NCBI GenBank assembly: GCA_002788135.1 | Contig: PFQT01000031.1 | Span: 1-40,243 of the forward strand | Source of the DNA: Candidatus Yonathbacteria bacterium CG_4_8_14_3_um_filter_46_25 | GTDB taxonomy: Bacteria > Patescibacteriota > Minisyncoccia > Phycocordibacterales > UBA1539 | Direction: 5' to 3' | DNA: 40,243 bases | Shown here: piece by piece, positions 7,740 to 16,623 of the stretch | How positions within the stretch are numbered: position 1 is the stretch's first letter | How the letters are laid out: each line of letters starts with the position of its first letter | Made by a program: the position numbers and the translations under genes | The notes under the pieces: model-generated | What the model was told of the DNA's origin: nothing | What the model saw: the letters and a program-made list of their open reading frames with translations, nothing else | The model's database searches: none

Positions 7740-9506
7740 ATGTTGCTTCTCCTGATCTCGTTTATCGCAGGAATACTCACGGTGCTTGCACCGTGTATTC
7801 TGCCTCTCCTTCCTGTGATAATAGGGCACTCTATCACAGGCACTACCCCAAGCAGGAGAAGACTTTTTGTGGTTGTGGCATCGCTTGGAATTTCGGTCAT
7901 ACTATTCACACTGCTTCTTAAGGCAAGCTCCTTGTTGATTGATATTCCTCAAGATTTCTGGAAATGGATTTCTGGTGGAATTATTTTCTTATTTGGTTTG
8001 ACTATGGTTTTCCCTGATCTATGGGAAAAATTTTCCCTTGCAAACACCTTAAGCATCAAATCAAATAAAGTATTAACAAAAGGATATCAAAAGAATAGTG
8101 TTTGGGGAGATGTGATCATCGGTGCATCCCTTGGACCTATTTTTTCTGCTTGTAGTCCGACATACTTTGTTATCTTGGCGACAGTCTTGCCCGTCTCGCT
8201 TCTCTTGGGAATTGTCTATCTTTTTACTTATGTTTTAGGATTATCGCTCGCCCTCATATTCGTCGCTCTTTTGGGTGAACGTATTATGGCGAAAGTCGGA
8301 AAAGTTTCAGATCCAAGAGGTTGGTTTAAAAAGATATTTGGAGTCATTTTCATTTTAGTAGCAATAGCTATTATTTCTGGATATGACAAAAAACTTCAAA
8401 TTGGTTTACTTGATGCAGGATTTTTGGATGTAACCAAAATTGAACAAAGGTTGTTAGAGAAAAATGATAAAAAAGATGCAAGTGTAGATAGCGCCTCAAA
8501 CGCGGACGAAAACACCGGACTTGGAGACAAAACCAAGGCAAACGAAGAGTCATTCTTAACCATTAAAGAAAAAGGTGAAAAATTCACCCTTGCGCCTGAC
8601 ATAAGCACCCCCGATGGTTTCATAAATACAAATAATTTACCTGTAACTATAGGCGAATTTAAGGGCAAAAAAGTTGTGTTGTTAGATGTTTGGACATATA
8701 GCTGTATCAATTGTAGGCGCACTATTCCATATCTAAACGAGTGGTATAAAGAATATGAGGATGAAGGGCTTGTGATTATCGGTCTTCACACTCCGGAATT
8801 TTCTTTTGAAAAAGTTCAAGAGAATGTAGAAAAAGCAGTAAAAGATTTTGGTATAAAATATCCAGTGGTACTTGATAATGATTTTTCTACTTGGCAAGCT
8901 TACAAGAATCAATATTGGCCGAGGAAATATTTAATTGATATAGATGGGTATATTGTCTATGGCCATGCTGGAGAAGGTCAATACAAAGAGACAGAAGTTG
9001 CAATACAAAAAGCTCTTCGAGAACGGGCGGATAGACTAGATATGAATGCAGAGGTGTCCTCAAATATATCAAAACCAGAAAATGTTGTGTTTGTGGAACC
9101 TGGCAAGGTAAAAAGTCCGGAAGTATATTTTGGATCTGCGAGAAATGAATACCTTGCAAACGGTACCGTGGGCCGTATGGGTGAGCAGACTCTTTTGATT
9201 CCTTCATCAATCTCTTTCAACAAACTTTACCTTGGTGGTACATGGAATATAACTTCCGAATACGCCGAAAATAAAAGTGCGGGAAGTATCGTCTTTCGCT
9301 ACGAGGCAAAAAATGTCTACATAACCGCAGGGTCATTTGAAGGAGTCGAGGTTGAAATTTATAAAGACGATGTGTTCGTAAAGAAAGTGACCATTAAGAA
9401 CGAAACACTCTACACACTCATCCAAGATGCTGATTATGGAAAGCATGTTTTGCGTATTGTAATACCGAAAGTAGGATTACAAGCTTTTACCTTTACGTTT
9501 GGTTAA
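7740..9506 (+). CDS. dipZ: DipZ-like protein: CcdA/DsbD transmembrane domain, redoxin domain and C-terminal beta domain
   Basis: AGILTVLAPCILPLLP and ACSP TM cysteines; WTYSCINC; GLHTPEF; NQYWP; C-terminal AFTFTFG. Confidence 0.85.
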   Translation: MLLLLISFIAGILTVLAPCILPLLPVIIGHSITGTTPSRRRLFVVVASLGISVILFTLLLKASSLLIDIPQDFWKWISGGIIFLFGLTMVFPDLWEKFSLANTLSIKSNKVLTKGYQKNSVWGDVIIGASLGPIFSACSPTYFVILATVLPVSLLLGIVYLFTYVLGLSLALIFVALLGERIMAKVGKVSDPRGWFKKIFGVIFILVAIAIISGYDKKLQIGLLDAGFLDVTKIEQRLLEKNDKKDASVDSASNADENTGLGDKTKANEESFLTIKEKGEKFTLAPDISTPDGFINTNNLPVTIGEFKGKKVVLLDVWTYSCINCRRTIPYLNEWYKEYEDEGLVIIGLHTPEFSFEKVQENVEKAVKDFGIKYPVVLDNDFSTWQAYKNQYWPRKYLIDIDGYIVYGHAGEGQYKETEVAIQKALRERADRLDMNAEVSSNISKPENVVFVEPGKVKSPEVYFGSARNEYLANGTVGRMGEQTLLIPSSISFNKLYLGGTWNITSEYAENKSAGSIVFRYEAKNVYITAGSFEGVEVEIYKDDVFVKKVTIKNETLYTLIQDADYGKHVLRIVIPKVGLQAFTFTFG

Positions 9507-9519
9507 ACAAATAAAATAC

Positions 9520-9915
9520 ATGAATGACAACATGCCTAAAAATGAAGAAGAGTTCAGGAAGAAATTAACACCAGAACAATATGAAGTCCTGCGACAAAAG
9601 GGCACAGAACCTGCTTTTTCCGGAAAGCTTATTCGTCCTGACAAAGACGGATTCTACAAATGTGCCGCGTGTGGCAACCCGCTTTTTAAGGCTGAGTCAA
9701 AGTTTGATTCTGGTACTGGCTGGCCAAGCTTTGATGAAGCCCTACCTGGAGCAGTGAGAAATATTGAAGATACTTCTCACGGGATGAAAAGAGTGGAGAC
9801 AATATGCTCGGTCTGCAATTCACATCTTGGCCATGTATTTAATGACGGTCCGACAAAAACGGGGAAAAGATACTGCATGAATTCGGTCTGTTTTGAAGAC
9901 CTTAGCGCCAAATAA
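9520..9915 (+). CDS. msrB: Methionine-R-sulfoxide reductase MsrB (cytoplasmic, zinc-binding)
   Basis: [41 protein letters not shown] at 9520. Confidence 0.95.
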   Translation: MNDNMPKNEEEFRKKLTPEQYEVLRQKGTEPAFSGKLIRPDKDGFYKCAACGNPLFKAESKFDSGTGWPSFDEALPGAVRNIEDTSHGMKRVETICSVCNSHLGHVFNDGPTKTGKRYCMNSVCFEDLSAK

Positions 9916-9917
9916 TT

Positions 9918-10406
9918 ATGAACAAGAAAATCGTATTAGCAGGAGGATGTTTCTGGGGTCTTGAGGATTTGATTAGAATTCAGCCCGGAGTGATAACTAC
10001 CGAAGTCGGCTATACAGGCGGAGCAAACAAAAATCCGACATATGAAAACCATCCGGGTCATGCCGAGGCAGTGGAGATAGAATACGATTCGTCAAAAACG
10101 TCATACAAAAAGCTTCTCAATTTTTTCTTCCAGATTCATAATCCAAATACGCTCAACCAACAAGGGAACGACCGGGGCACATCCTATCGATCCGCTATTT
10201 TCTATGGAAGTGAAGAGGAGAAAGAGGAAAGTGAGGATTTTATTGAAATCGTAAACAAGTCAAAACGATGGAGAGATCCTGTTGTCACTACGCTTGAACC
10301 TCTCGATAAGTTTTATAAAGCCGAAGAATATCATCAGGACTACCTACAGAAAAATCCAACAGGATATACCTGTCATGCTATATGGTTTGATAGCTATTTG
10401 AAATAA
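9918..10406 (+). CDS. msrA: Methionine-S-sulfoxide reductase MsrA
   Basis: [39 protein letters not shown]. Confidence 0.96.
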   Translation: MNKKIVLAGGCFWGLEDLIRIQPGVITTEVGYTGGANKNPTYENHPGHAEAVEIEYDSSKTSYKKLLNFFFQIHNPNTLNQQGNDRGTSYRSAIFYGSEEEKEESEDFIEIVNKSKRWRDPVVTTLEPLDKFYKAEEYHQDYLQKNPTGYTCHAIWFDSYLK

Positions 10407-10411
10407 TATCC

Positions 10412-10924
10412 ATGCATAATTTTTCTCATCTACCTAAAAAAGTAATCTTTATACTCTTGGTCATATCTTTGTTTCTGATAGGTGGTGCTGTTTATTCCCT
10501 GCGGAGTCTGTCTTCTTCAGCACAGAACATGCGTGAAAGCAGTGCAGTCAAGGATCACTGGGAAGAAATTCTGACTCCCGAGCAGTATTATGTCTTGAGA
10601 GAAGCAGGTACAGAGGCTCCATTTTCTGGCAAGCTTAATAGCGAAAAACAAAAAGGAACATACTACAGCATTGGTTGTGATAAGCCACTCTTTAGGTCGG
10701 AACAGAAATACGATTCTGGTACTGGCTGGCCAAGTTTCTGGGCTCCCATAACAGAGGATGTGCTTGTTCTTCGAAAAGAAATCGGACTTTCGGACGAAAG
10801 GATTGAAGTTCTCGATGCCTGCGGCTCGCATCTCGGACATGTGTTTGATGATGGGCCACAACCCACTGGAAAAAGATTCTGTATAAATTCTGTGGCACTG
10901 TATTTTGTTCCAGATGAAGAGTAA
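10412..10924 (+). CDS. msrB: Second MsrB with an N-terminal signal/TM segment and an incomplete zinc site
   Basis: N-terminal hydrophobic helix; [35 protein letters not shown] pairs replaced by SIGC and LDAC. Confidence 0.92.
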   Translation: MHNFSHLPKKVIFILLVISLFLIGGAVYSLRSLSSSAQNMRESSAVKDHWEEILTPEQYYVLREAGTEAPFSGKLNSEKQKGTYYSIGCDKPLFRSEQKYDSGTGWPSFWAPITEDVLVLRKEIGLSDERIEVLDACGSHLGHVFDDGPQPTGKRFCINSVALYFVPDEE

Positions 10925-11040
10925 AAATAGTAGAATGAACGAGGCACAATATTGGGAAAATGGGGATACGTGCAATATTTTTCATTCCGACAGCAACTCA
11001 ATTGGTTTGTGACATGAAAATATTACACCATATTTTCTGG

Positions 11041-11066
11041 GATTTTATTATACATATCCCTATTTT
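11041..11066 (+). repeat. 26-bp direct repeat, right copy
   Basis: Identical to 6344-6369; flanking bases differ on both sides. Confidence 0.95.
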
Positions 11067-11191
11067 CCTAGTTCTGCAACAAGGGAATTTCCACTAAACT
11101 CAACATAGCCCGCTATTTCAAATTTGAAGAAAGGTTAACCACATTCTTGCGATGTATCGTACATTTATGAGATACTTGGTACATCAATCCA

Positions 11192-11965
11192 ATGAGAAAA
11201 CACACAAAAAGCACAGCGCAAACAACGAACACGAAATACGTTGTTTTCCAATCATTGTACGAAGCTCTGGAAAATCCGCGCTCGCGATGGTTTTCCCATG
11301 CCAATGACACACTGGCGTTTCTTACCCTGCTTTCGGTTACCTCACTGGCATTTCAAAGCGTCGCGGCGTTTGCGTCATATGATTACTTGTTTATGACGAT
11401 TGAATATGTCGCTGTTTTCTTTTTTACTATTGAATATGTTGTGCGTTTTGCCGCGCAAAAGACCCGTTACGCATTCAGTTTTTTTGGCATCATTGATCTT
11501 TTTGCCATACTCCCGACTTTTTTTATGCTCGGCAATCTCACCTTCCTAAAAACAACGCGCATATTACGAATTCTCCGATTCTTACGAATAATACGGCTTA
11601 CCAAACTCGCGCGCATTACCACCCACCCCACCACGCGCTCGGAAGAGCGCCTGCGCGTCGAGAACTTAAATCTCAAAATATATTTCCTCGCGCTTACAAG
11701 CGCGATTGTCATGTTCGGCGCGTTTATGTACCTTATTGAAGGATACCGTGCCGAATTTTCCAATATGTTCCTCGGCATGGTATGGGCGGTAGAAGTTATT
11801 TTGGGAGGAATCAATCATGTCGCGCCAGAAACCCTCATTGGTGAAATAACCGCCATCGCCGCACGTTTTGTCGGACTGGTACTTTTCGGACTTCTCATCA
11901 CCGTCGTCGGCGGCTTCATGCAAAAACTGCTGTTCGGAAGCGCAACAAGAGAACAGGGTATGTAA
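11192..11965 (+). CDS. Ion-transport (6TM voltage-gated channel-like) protein with an atypical pore
   Basis: FTIEYVVR, GIIDLFAILP, S4 helix RILRILRFLRIIRLTK; pore region WAVEVILGGINHVAPET lacks TVGYG. Confidence 0.85.
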   Translation: MRKHTKSTAQTTNTKYVVFQSLYEALENPRSRWFSHANDTLAFLTLLSVTSLAFQSVAAFASYDYLFMTIEYVAVFFFTIEYVVRFAAQKTRYAFSFFGIIDLFAILPTFFMLGNLTFLKTTRILRILRFLRIIRLTKLARITTHPTTRSEERLRVENLNLKIYFLALTSAIVMFGAFMYLIEGYRAEFSNMFLGMVWAVEVILGGINHVAPETLIGEITAIAARFVGLVLFGLLITVVGGFMQKLLFGSATREQGM

Positions 11966-12090
11966 TACGTTCCGCGCATCGCCGTATCACCATCGCTTGT
12001 GTCTTTATTCATAAAGATCGCCCCCACTCCGCACGGCAAGCAAGCGGTCTTTTCGGAAACACGTGCGAACTTTTTAACGCAATGACCACC

Positions 12091-12128
12091 AAATAAAACT
12101 CCCCGAGCTGTTTCAACAACTCGGGGAG
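12091..12128 (-). terminator. Intrinsic terminator of the DHODH-like gene
   Basis: CTCCCCGAG (12099-12107) pairs with CTCGGGGAG (12120-12128); TTTTATTT follows on the minus strand, just after the stop at 12134. Confidence 0.7.
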
Positions 12129-12133
12129 GATGA

Positions 12134-13127
12134 TTATTCTCCATCAAACGCTCGATACGCCTCGCGCGTGATAGCGGGAACCCGCCACGGACGATATGTG
12201 CCCACCGTCCCAATAAACACCGACGAGGCGCCGGCGCGAGCATAGTCGACAACATGATATGGGTGGGTAATTCCCCCGCCGGCGTTAATCGGCTTCTTGA
12301 ACCCAATGGAGTTCAAGAGGTGTAAAAAAAGGATATTCAGGCGACGAAGATACGGACCGGAATACCCTCCGTCAGCGTCGATACCGCGGCGACGGAGCGG
12401 CGAAACGATCGAACCGAACGCACCAATCTTCTTAGTGTCTGGCAGACTGTCCCATGGTATCGTGTTCGAGAGACAGATTCCGTCACAGTTCGTGTCGTTG
12501 CCAACCTCGTATACCATTCCCGGGTCAAGCCCGTAGCAACTGAATTTCACCATCTGCGGAATACCAAGCGCAGAACCGATTTTGAGCGCCTCGATAACTT
12601 CATCGAAGTGTTCTTCTTGGCGCACCCCGACGTTCGGACAAGAAATATTGAGCTGCCATGCGATCGGTGCTTTGAACTCGGAGAGTCGCGGCTCAAGGAT
12701 CGCAACAGCGCGGCGCATTTCATTCATACGCTCAGCGCGCGTTTTTCCAGTTGACATAAATGACAAAAAGAACGGCCCCACTCTCCGTTGCCACTCTCCG
12801 CGGTCAAGCAATGCTTCAAGCCCCGGCCCCGGTAATCCGACCGCATTGACCGTTTCTACCGTGAGAAATTTGGTCGCGATGCACTTCGGGAACCACTCCC
12901 GTACGCGCAAATCGATGTCGAGTTCCAGATTGGCGCCTTCCGCGCTTGCGCGTGCATCAACCGTTGTCGTCTTCGCGACAAACGTTATCCCGTCCCAATT
13001 CGGACAAAACGGCCGAGGAAGCCGCTGGTTCGGGTACTCTGCTTCTCGTCCTCCGGAGCGACCGAAAAAAACCGCGTACTCCCGACGCGTTCAAGATAGG
13101 ACCAAAATCAATCTCCCGTAATATCAT
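12134..13127 (-). pseudogene. pyrD: Dihydroorotate dehydrogenase-like FMN enzyme, frameshifted at a T7 run
   Basis: SD AAAGGAGG and ATG at 13127 give MILREIDFGPILNASG. The downstream frame has FVAKTTT, NAVGLPGPG, LNISCPN, SNTI, GGYSG, GGGI and IGT. The frames join if A7 at 13065-13071 is A6 (330 aa). Confidence 0.75.
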
Positions 13128-13256
13128 CGCAACCTCCTTTCGAAGAAATGGCGTGATTGTGGCGTATGCCCTTTGTTTCGACTACTGGCATCGTTCTTCA
13201 ATAAGAGTATCCTAATTACCAGAAATTGCAACAAATGCGTCCGCCCATAACGCCCC

Positions 13257-14549
13257 CTATTCCCGTGCCAACCACTCCGGCTCTTGCCGCACCAAAAGTT
13301 CGTCTTTTTTTTCCGGATGCGCCATGATCTCTTCAACCGCGCGCTCCATTCGCATGCTCTGAGAACCTTTGATAAGCACAATGTCGTTTTCACCAAGCAC
13401 GCTCTCAAGATATTTCCCCGCCTGACGAGAATCAACAAACTCGATGATATTCTTTTCGCTAATCCCTCCCAAAAGCGCGCCTTCAGTTATCGATTTTGCG
13501 CGAAGTCCAACGACGAGCAACAGATCACACGTTTGTCCGGCGAGAACACCAATCTTCTTATGTTCAGAGACGGTATATCTGCCAAGCTCAAGCATGTCAC
13601 CAAATATCGCGATTTTTTTGCCTTCCGTTTTTATTTCACGAAACGTCGCTAGTGCCGCCTCAACCGCCACCGGAGATGAGTTATACGAGTCATCGATAAT
13701 GCTTGATCCTTTGATCCCTTCGATCAACTTGAGCCGCCCGGGTGTCCCCGAATGATTTTCAAGCGTTTCAATCAATTTCACCATGTTGATCTTCAAATGC
13801 ACGCCGATAGCAAGTGCCGCAAGCGCAGGATAAATATATTGATTACCAAAAACACAATTGAGGCGGACCGGCATGATACTTTCTTCGTGAGTGACCTTGA
13901 AGGTCGTCCCGACAGGCCGATCTTTTTTGTACATAATCGCGACATCGGAAACACGCATCATTGCGTTCTTTGAGAATCCATACGTTGTCACTGTCGCGGG
14001 AATGCTCTTTCTCATGGAAAGCACTTTTTCATCGTCAGCATTAAGCACGAGCAAACCGTTTTTTTTGAGCACTTTCACGAGTTGATATTTTTCCGCGACA
14101 ACATCGTCGGGAGAGTTGAAAAATTCAACATGCACAGGGACATCGCCAAAACGTGTCACCACAACAACATCCGGCTTGACCCAACGCGCCACCTTACGTA
14201 TATCATTCGGACGATCAGCCCCTACTTCAAGTATGAGCCACTTTGGATAACGATCTTTGAAAATGATAAGTGAAAGGCCGCTGAGGATCGTGCGCATCCA
14301 TGAAAGAGGGTTGTTCCATCCACTCTGACATCCGAGAATGGTAAGAGGGACACCAAATTCGCTGTTGTAACTCTTCTTGCTCTTACGAACGTACGCAAAA
14401 TCCGATAGCGCGGTATATATCATATCCTTGGTCGATGTCTTACCAACGCTACCAGTTATCGCAATGATCTTCGGTTTGTATTTATGGAGAATAACGCATG
14501 CCTCCGCTTGCAAAATGCCCAATATGATTTTTTTTATGATGGTTTTCAT
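13257..14549 (-). CDS. murF: UDP-N-acetylmuramoyl-tripeptide--D-Ala-D-Ala ligase
   Basis: ITGSVGKTSTKD, SYNSEFGVPLT, IDDSYNSSP, GDMLELG, LIKGSQSMRME. Confidence 0.93.
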   Translation of the reverse strand: MKTIIKKIILGILQAEACVILHKYKPKIIAITGSVGKTSTKDMIYTALSDFAYVRKSKKSYNSEFGVPLTILGCQSGWNNPLSWMRTILSGLSLIIFKDRYPKWLILEVGADRPNDIRKVARWVKPDVVVVTRFGDVPVHVEFFNSPDDVVAEKYQLVKVLKKNGLLVLNADDEKVLSMRKSIPATVTTYGFSKNAMMRVSDVAIMYKKDRPVGTTFKVTHEESIMPVRLNCVFGNQYIYPALAALAIGVHLKINMVKLIETLENHSGTPGRLKLIEGIKGSSIIDDSYNSSPVAVEAALATFREIKTEGKKIAIFGDMLELGRYTVSEHKKIGVLAGQTCDLLLVVGLRAKSITEGALLGGISEKNIIEFVDSRQAGKYLESVLGENDIVLIKGSQSMRMERAVEEIMAHPEKKDELLVRQEPEWLARE

Positions 14550-14583
14550 AAGATGTATCGTTAAATATTGAATATGCCCCGTA

Positions 14584-16290
14584 TCAGCGATCGGGGGGAA
14601 TATTATAGTAATTCAGCAAAAATTTCGCGATGTCCATGAATGGATAAGTGAGCGTATGTGATGAATATAACGCACCTTTAGGATACACGACGTATAGGAA
14701 AACAATGAACCGTGGATCGTAGGCGGGGAAATAGCCAAAGAACGAATGCAGATATCTATCATCATAATATCCTCTGCCGTCCCCTCGCGCAATCTGTGCC
14801 GTGCCGGTCTTTGCCGCAATGCTGTAATCGTCAAGTTTCACCGCCCCACCAAGAAGCGCATCATCAACGACAGTAATAAGCATCTTTGTCACCTCATCTA
14901 CTGTCTCCTTCTTGAGCACCTGTTCTCCGTCCATAGGAGTAATATTTTTTGACGTTCCGTCTTCGTAGTTTACCCCGATAATAAGGTGCGGTGTTGCCAG
15001 AACACCTCCATTCGCGAGTACCGCGAGCGCGCGAACCATCTCAATAGGAGTAACCGCTATTCCCTGTCCGAACGACGCGGTCGCATACTCAATCATCCTC
15101 GTACTGTTGAGATTATTGACCAGCCCGGCGGCTTCATGGGGAAGGTCAACTCCCGTTTCATCTCCAAGCCCGTACGCGAACATATATTTTCGAAAAACGT
15201 CCTTTCCCATCGCGTTCATAGTAAAAACCGCTCCAGTGTTAAGCGATTCGGAGAGTACATGTTGCATATCAACGACTCCCCTCCCTACCCCGTCATAATT
15301 TGATATACGCGCGCCATCAACGATAATATATCCGTCGTCGTGATACTCAGTACGCGCCGTTATGGCACCCGAGTCAATACCAGCCGCGATAGTGAGTGGC
15401 TTTAGAATTGATCCCATTTCATAAACATTCTCAATTATCGGATTAGGGAATACCGACGGATCGGAAACCATGTTATATGAGTTAGGATCAAAATCGGGCA
15501 TATTCGCAAGGCCATAAACGATGCCGGTCTTCGGATCCATAACGACACCGCCCGCCGAGTCGGCTGACCATCGTTCCATTACACCGTTCAATTGATTTTC
15601 GAGAACATTTTGCACTGATGGCTCAATAGAGGTAATAAGGTCTCCTTTTTGTTTATCATTGCGGTCAAAGAGCTGTATATTTGAGAATATTTCCGCAAAA
15701 ACATTGACGTAAAAACTCACCGCGCTTCGCGAAAGCACATCATTATAGTATCGCTCAAGTCCATACTGCCCCGTGAGCTCATGACCACGGTATCCGACAA
15801 AACCAAGCGCATGCGCCGCCAGATCGTCTCCGGGATAATATCGCCAGTTATCCTTTGAAAGCATAACACCGTCTATACCAAGCGCGCGTACACGATCGGC
15901 AGTATCAACGTCAAGATGGTTAACGATCTCTTCATACTGATCATCTTTCTTTGCGGCTTTTGCTGAAAAATCATCCTCGTTGATGTCCACGATGCTAGAA
16001 AGGGCGGCATATACGGCTTCGGCGTCACTTATGGCACTAGGATTGATGGCAATAATGAACCCCGATCTAACCGTGGCGGCCGATACCTTCTCGCCGCTTT
16101 TTTCGGTGAAAAATATTGCCCCGCGATCAAAAACATCATCGCCGCGCGAAATATATTGATTGTTTGCCCTTTCACTATAAAAATCGCCGCGCACGATCTG
16201 CACAACAACGAGCTGATATATGAGAATGGATAAAAGCAAAAAGAAAAACCCGTAGACGATCCTCATCCGAAATAAGTTATTTGGCCTCAT
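14584..16290 (-). CDS. ftsI: Class B penicillin-binding protein (FtsI/PBP3)
   Basis: RGAIF, R.YP, YEMGSILK (SxxK), SLN, AKTGTAQ; located in the mraZ-rsmH-ftsL cluster; ATG at 16290. Confidence 0.88.
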   Translation of the reverse strand: MRPNNLFRMRIVYGFFFLLLSILIYQLVVVQIVRGDFYSERANNQYISRGDDVFDRGAIFFTEKSGEKVSAATVRSGFIIAINPSAISDAEAVYAALSSIVDINEDDFSAKAAKKDDQYEEIVNHLDVDTADRVRALGIDGVMLSKDNWRYYPGDDLAAHALGFVGYRGHELTGQYGLERYYNDVLSRSAVSFYVNVFAEIFSNIQLFDRNDKQKGDLITSIEPSVQNVLENQLNGVMERWSADSAGGVVMDPKTGIVYGLANMPDFDPNSYNMVSDPSVFPNPIIENVYEMGSILKPLTIAAGIDSGAITARTEYHDDGYIIVDGARISNYDGVGRGVVDMQHVLSESLNTGAVFTMNAMGKDVFRKYMFAYGLGDETGVDLPHEAAGLVNNLNSTRMIEYATASFGQGIAVTPIEMVRALAVLANGGVLATPHLIIGVNYEDGTSKNITPMDGEQVLKKETVDEVTKMLITVVDDALLGGAVKLDDYSIAAKTGTAQIARGDGRGYYDDRYLHSFFGYFPAYDPRFIVFLYVVYPKGALYSSHTLTYPFMDIAKFLLNYYNIPPDR

Positions 16291-16615
16291 TGTTCCAAAA
16301 ACTTGTCGCGAATGATCCGCGCTTCGCGTAGAGAATAGTATCAGGATCAACAAAACCCATTAATTCCGCTTCCGACAAGGTTATCTCCTTGCTGAGAGCG
16401 ACATAGGTACTTTCAAGTTCGCCAACATTCGATCCTATTGTTCGAATAATACTATTCATATCTTCGCGCGCGAGAGAACTAAAAATTGAAGCACCGATAA
16501 AATAGACATAAAGAAACAGAAAGGAACCGATACCGAACACGAAGAACCTCGCCATCTTTTTCTCAAGATCACGTTCAAAAAATTTTATATGTATATGTAT
16601 AATGTTGCTTACCAT
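16277..16615 (-). CDS. ftsL: Putative FtsL-like cell division protein
   Basis: Single TM, coiled coil and A..MGFV motif, located between rsmH and ftsI. Confidence 0.55.
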   Translation of the reverse strand: MVSNIIHIHIKFFERDLEKKMARFFVFGIGSFLFLYVYFIGASIFSSLAREDMNSIIRTIGSNVGELESTYVALSKEITLSEAELMGFVDPDTILYAKRGSFATSFWNNEAK

Positions 16616-16623
16616 GAATATTT

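Larger units (their letters stand above)
128..11066. mobile_element. tRNA-adjacent accessory island, probably two accreted modules; no integrase inside
   Basis: Starts immediately after tRNA-Glu. Visibly AT-richer than the downstream core genes. Carries TA, defence-type and redox cargo. The right module is bounded by a 26-bp direct repeat. Boundaries are approximate. Confidence 0.6.

Noticed and set aside
9706..10734. 23-bp identical sequence GATTCTGGTACTGGCTGGCCAAG in both msrB genes (9706-9728 and 10712-10734)
   Set aside because: It encodes the invariant DSGTGWPS motif. Paralogy explains it, although local gene conversion cannot be excluded.
128..11066. Integrase, prophage genes or a duplicated tRNA 3' end for the island
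   Set aside because: No ORF with tyrosine/serine recombinase or phage structural motifs was found, and I saw no second copy of the tRNA-Glu 3' end.
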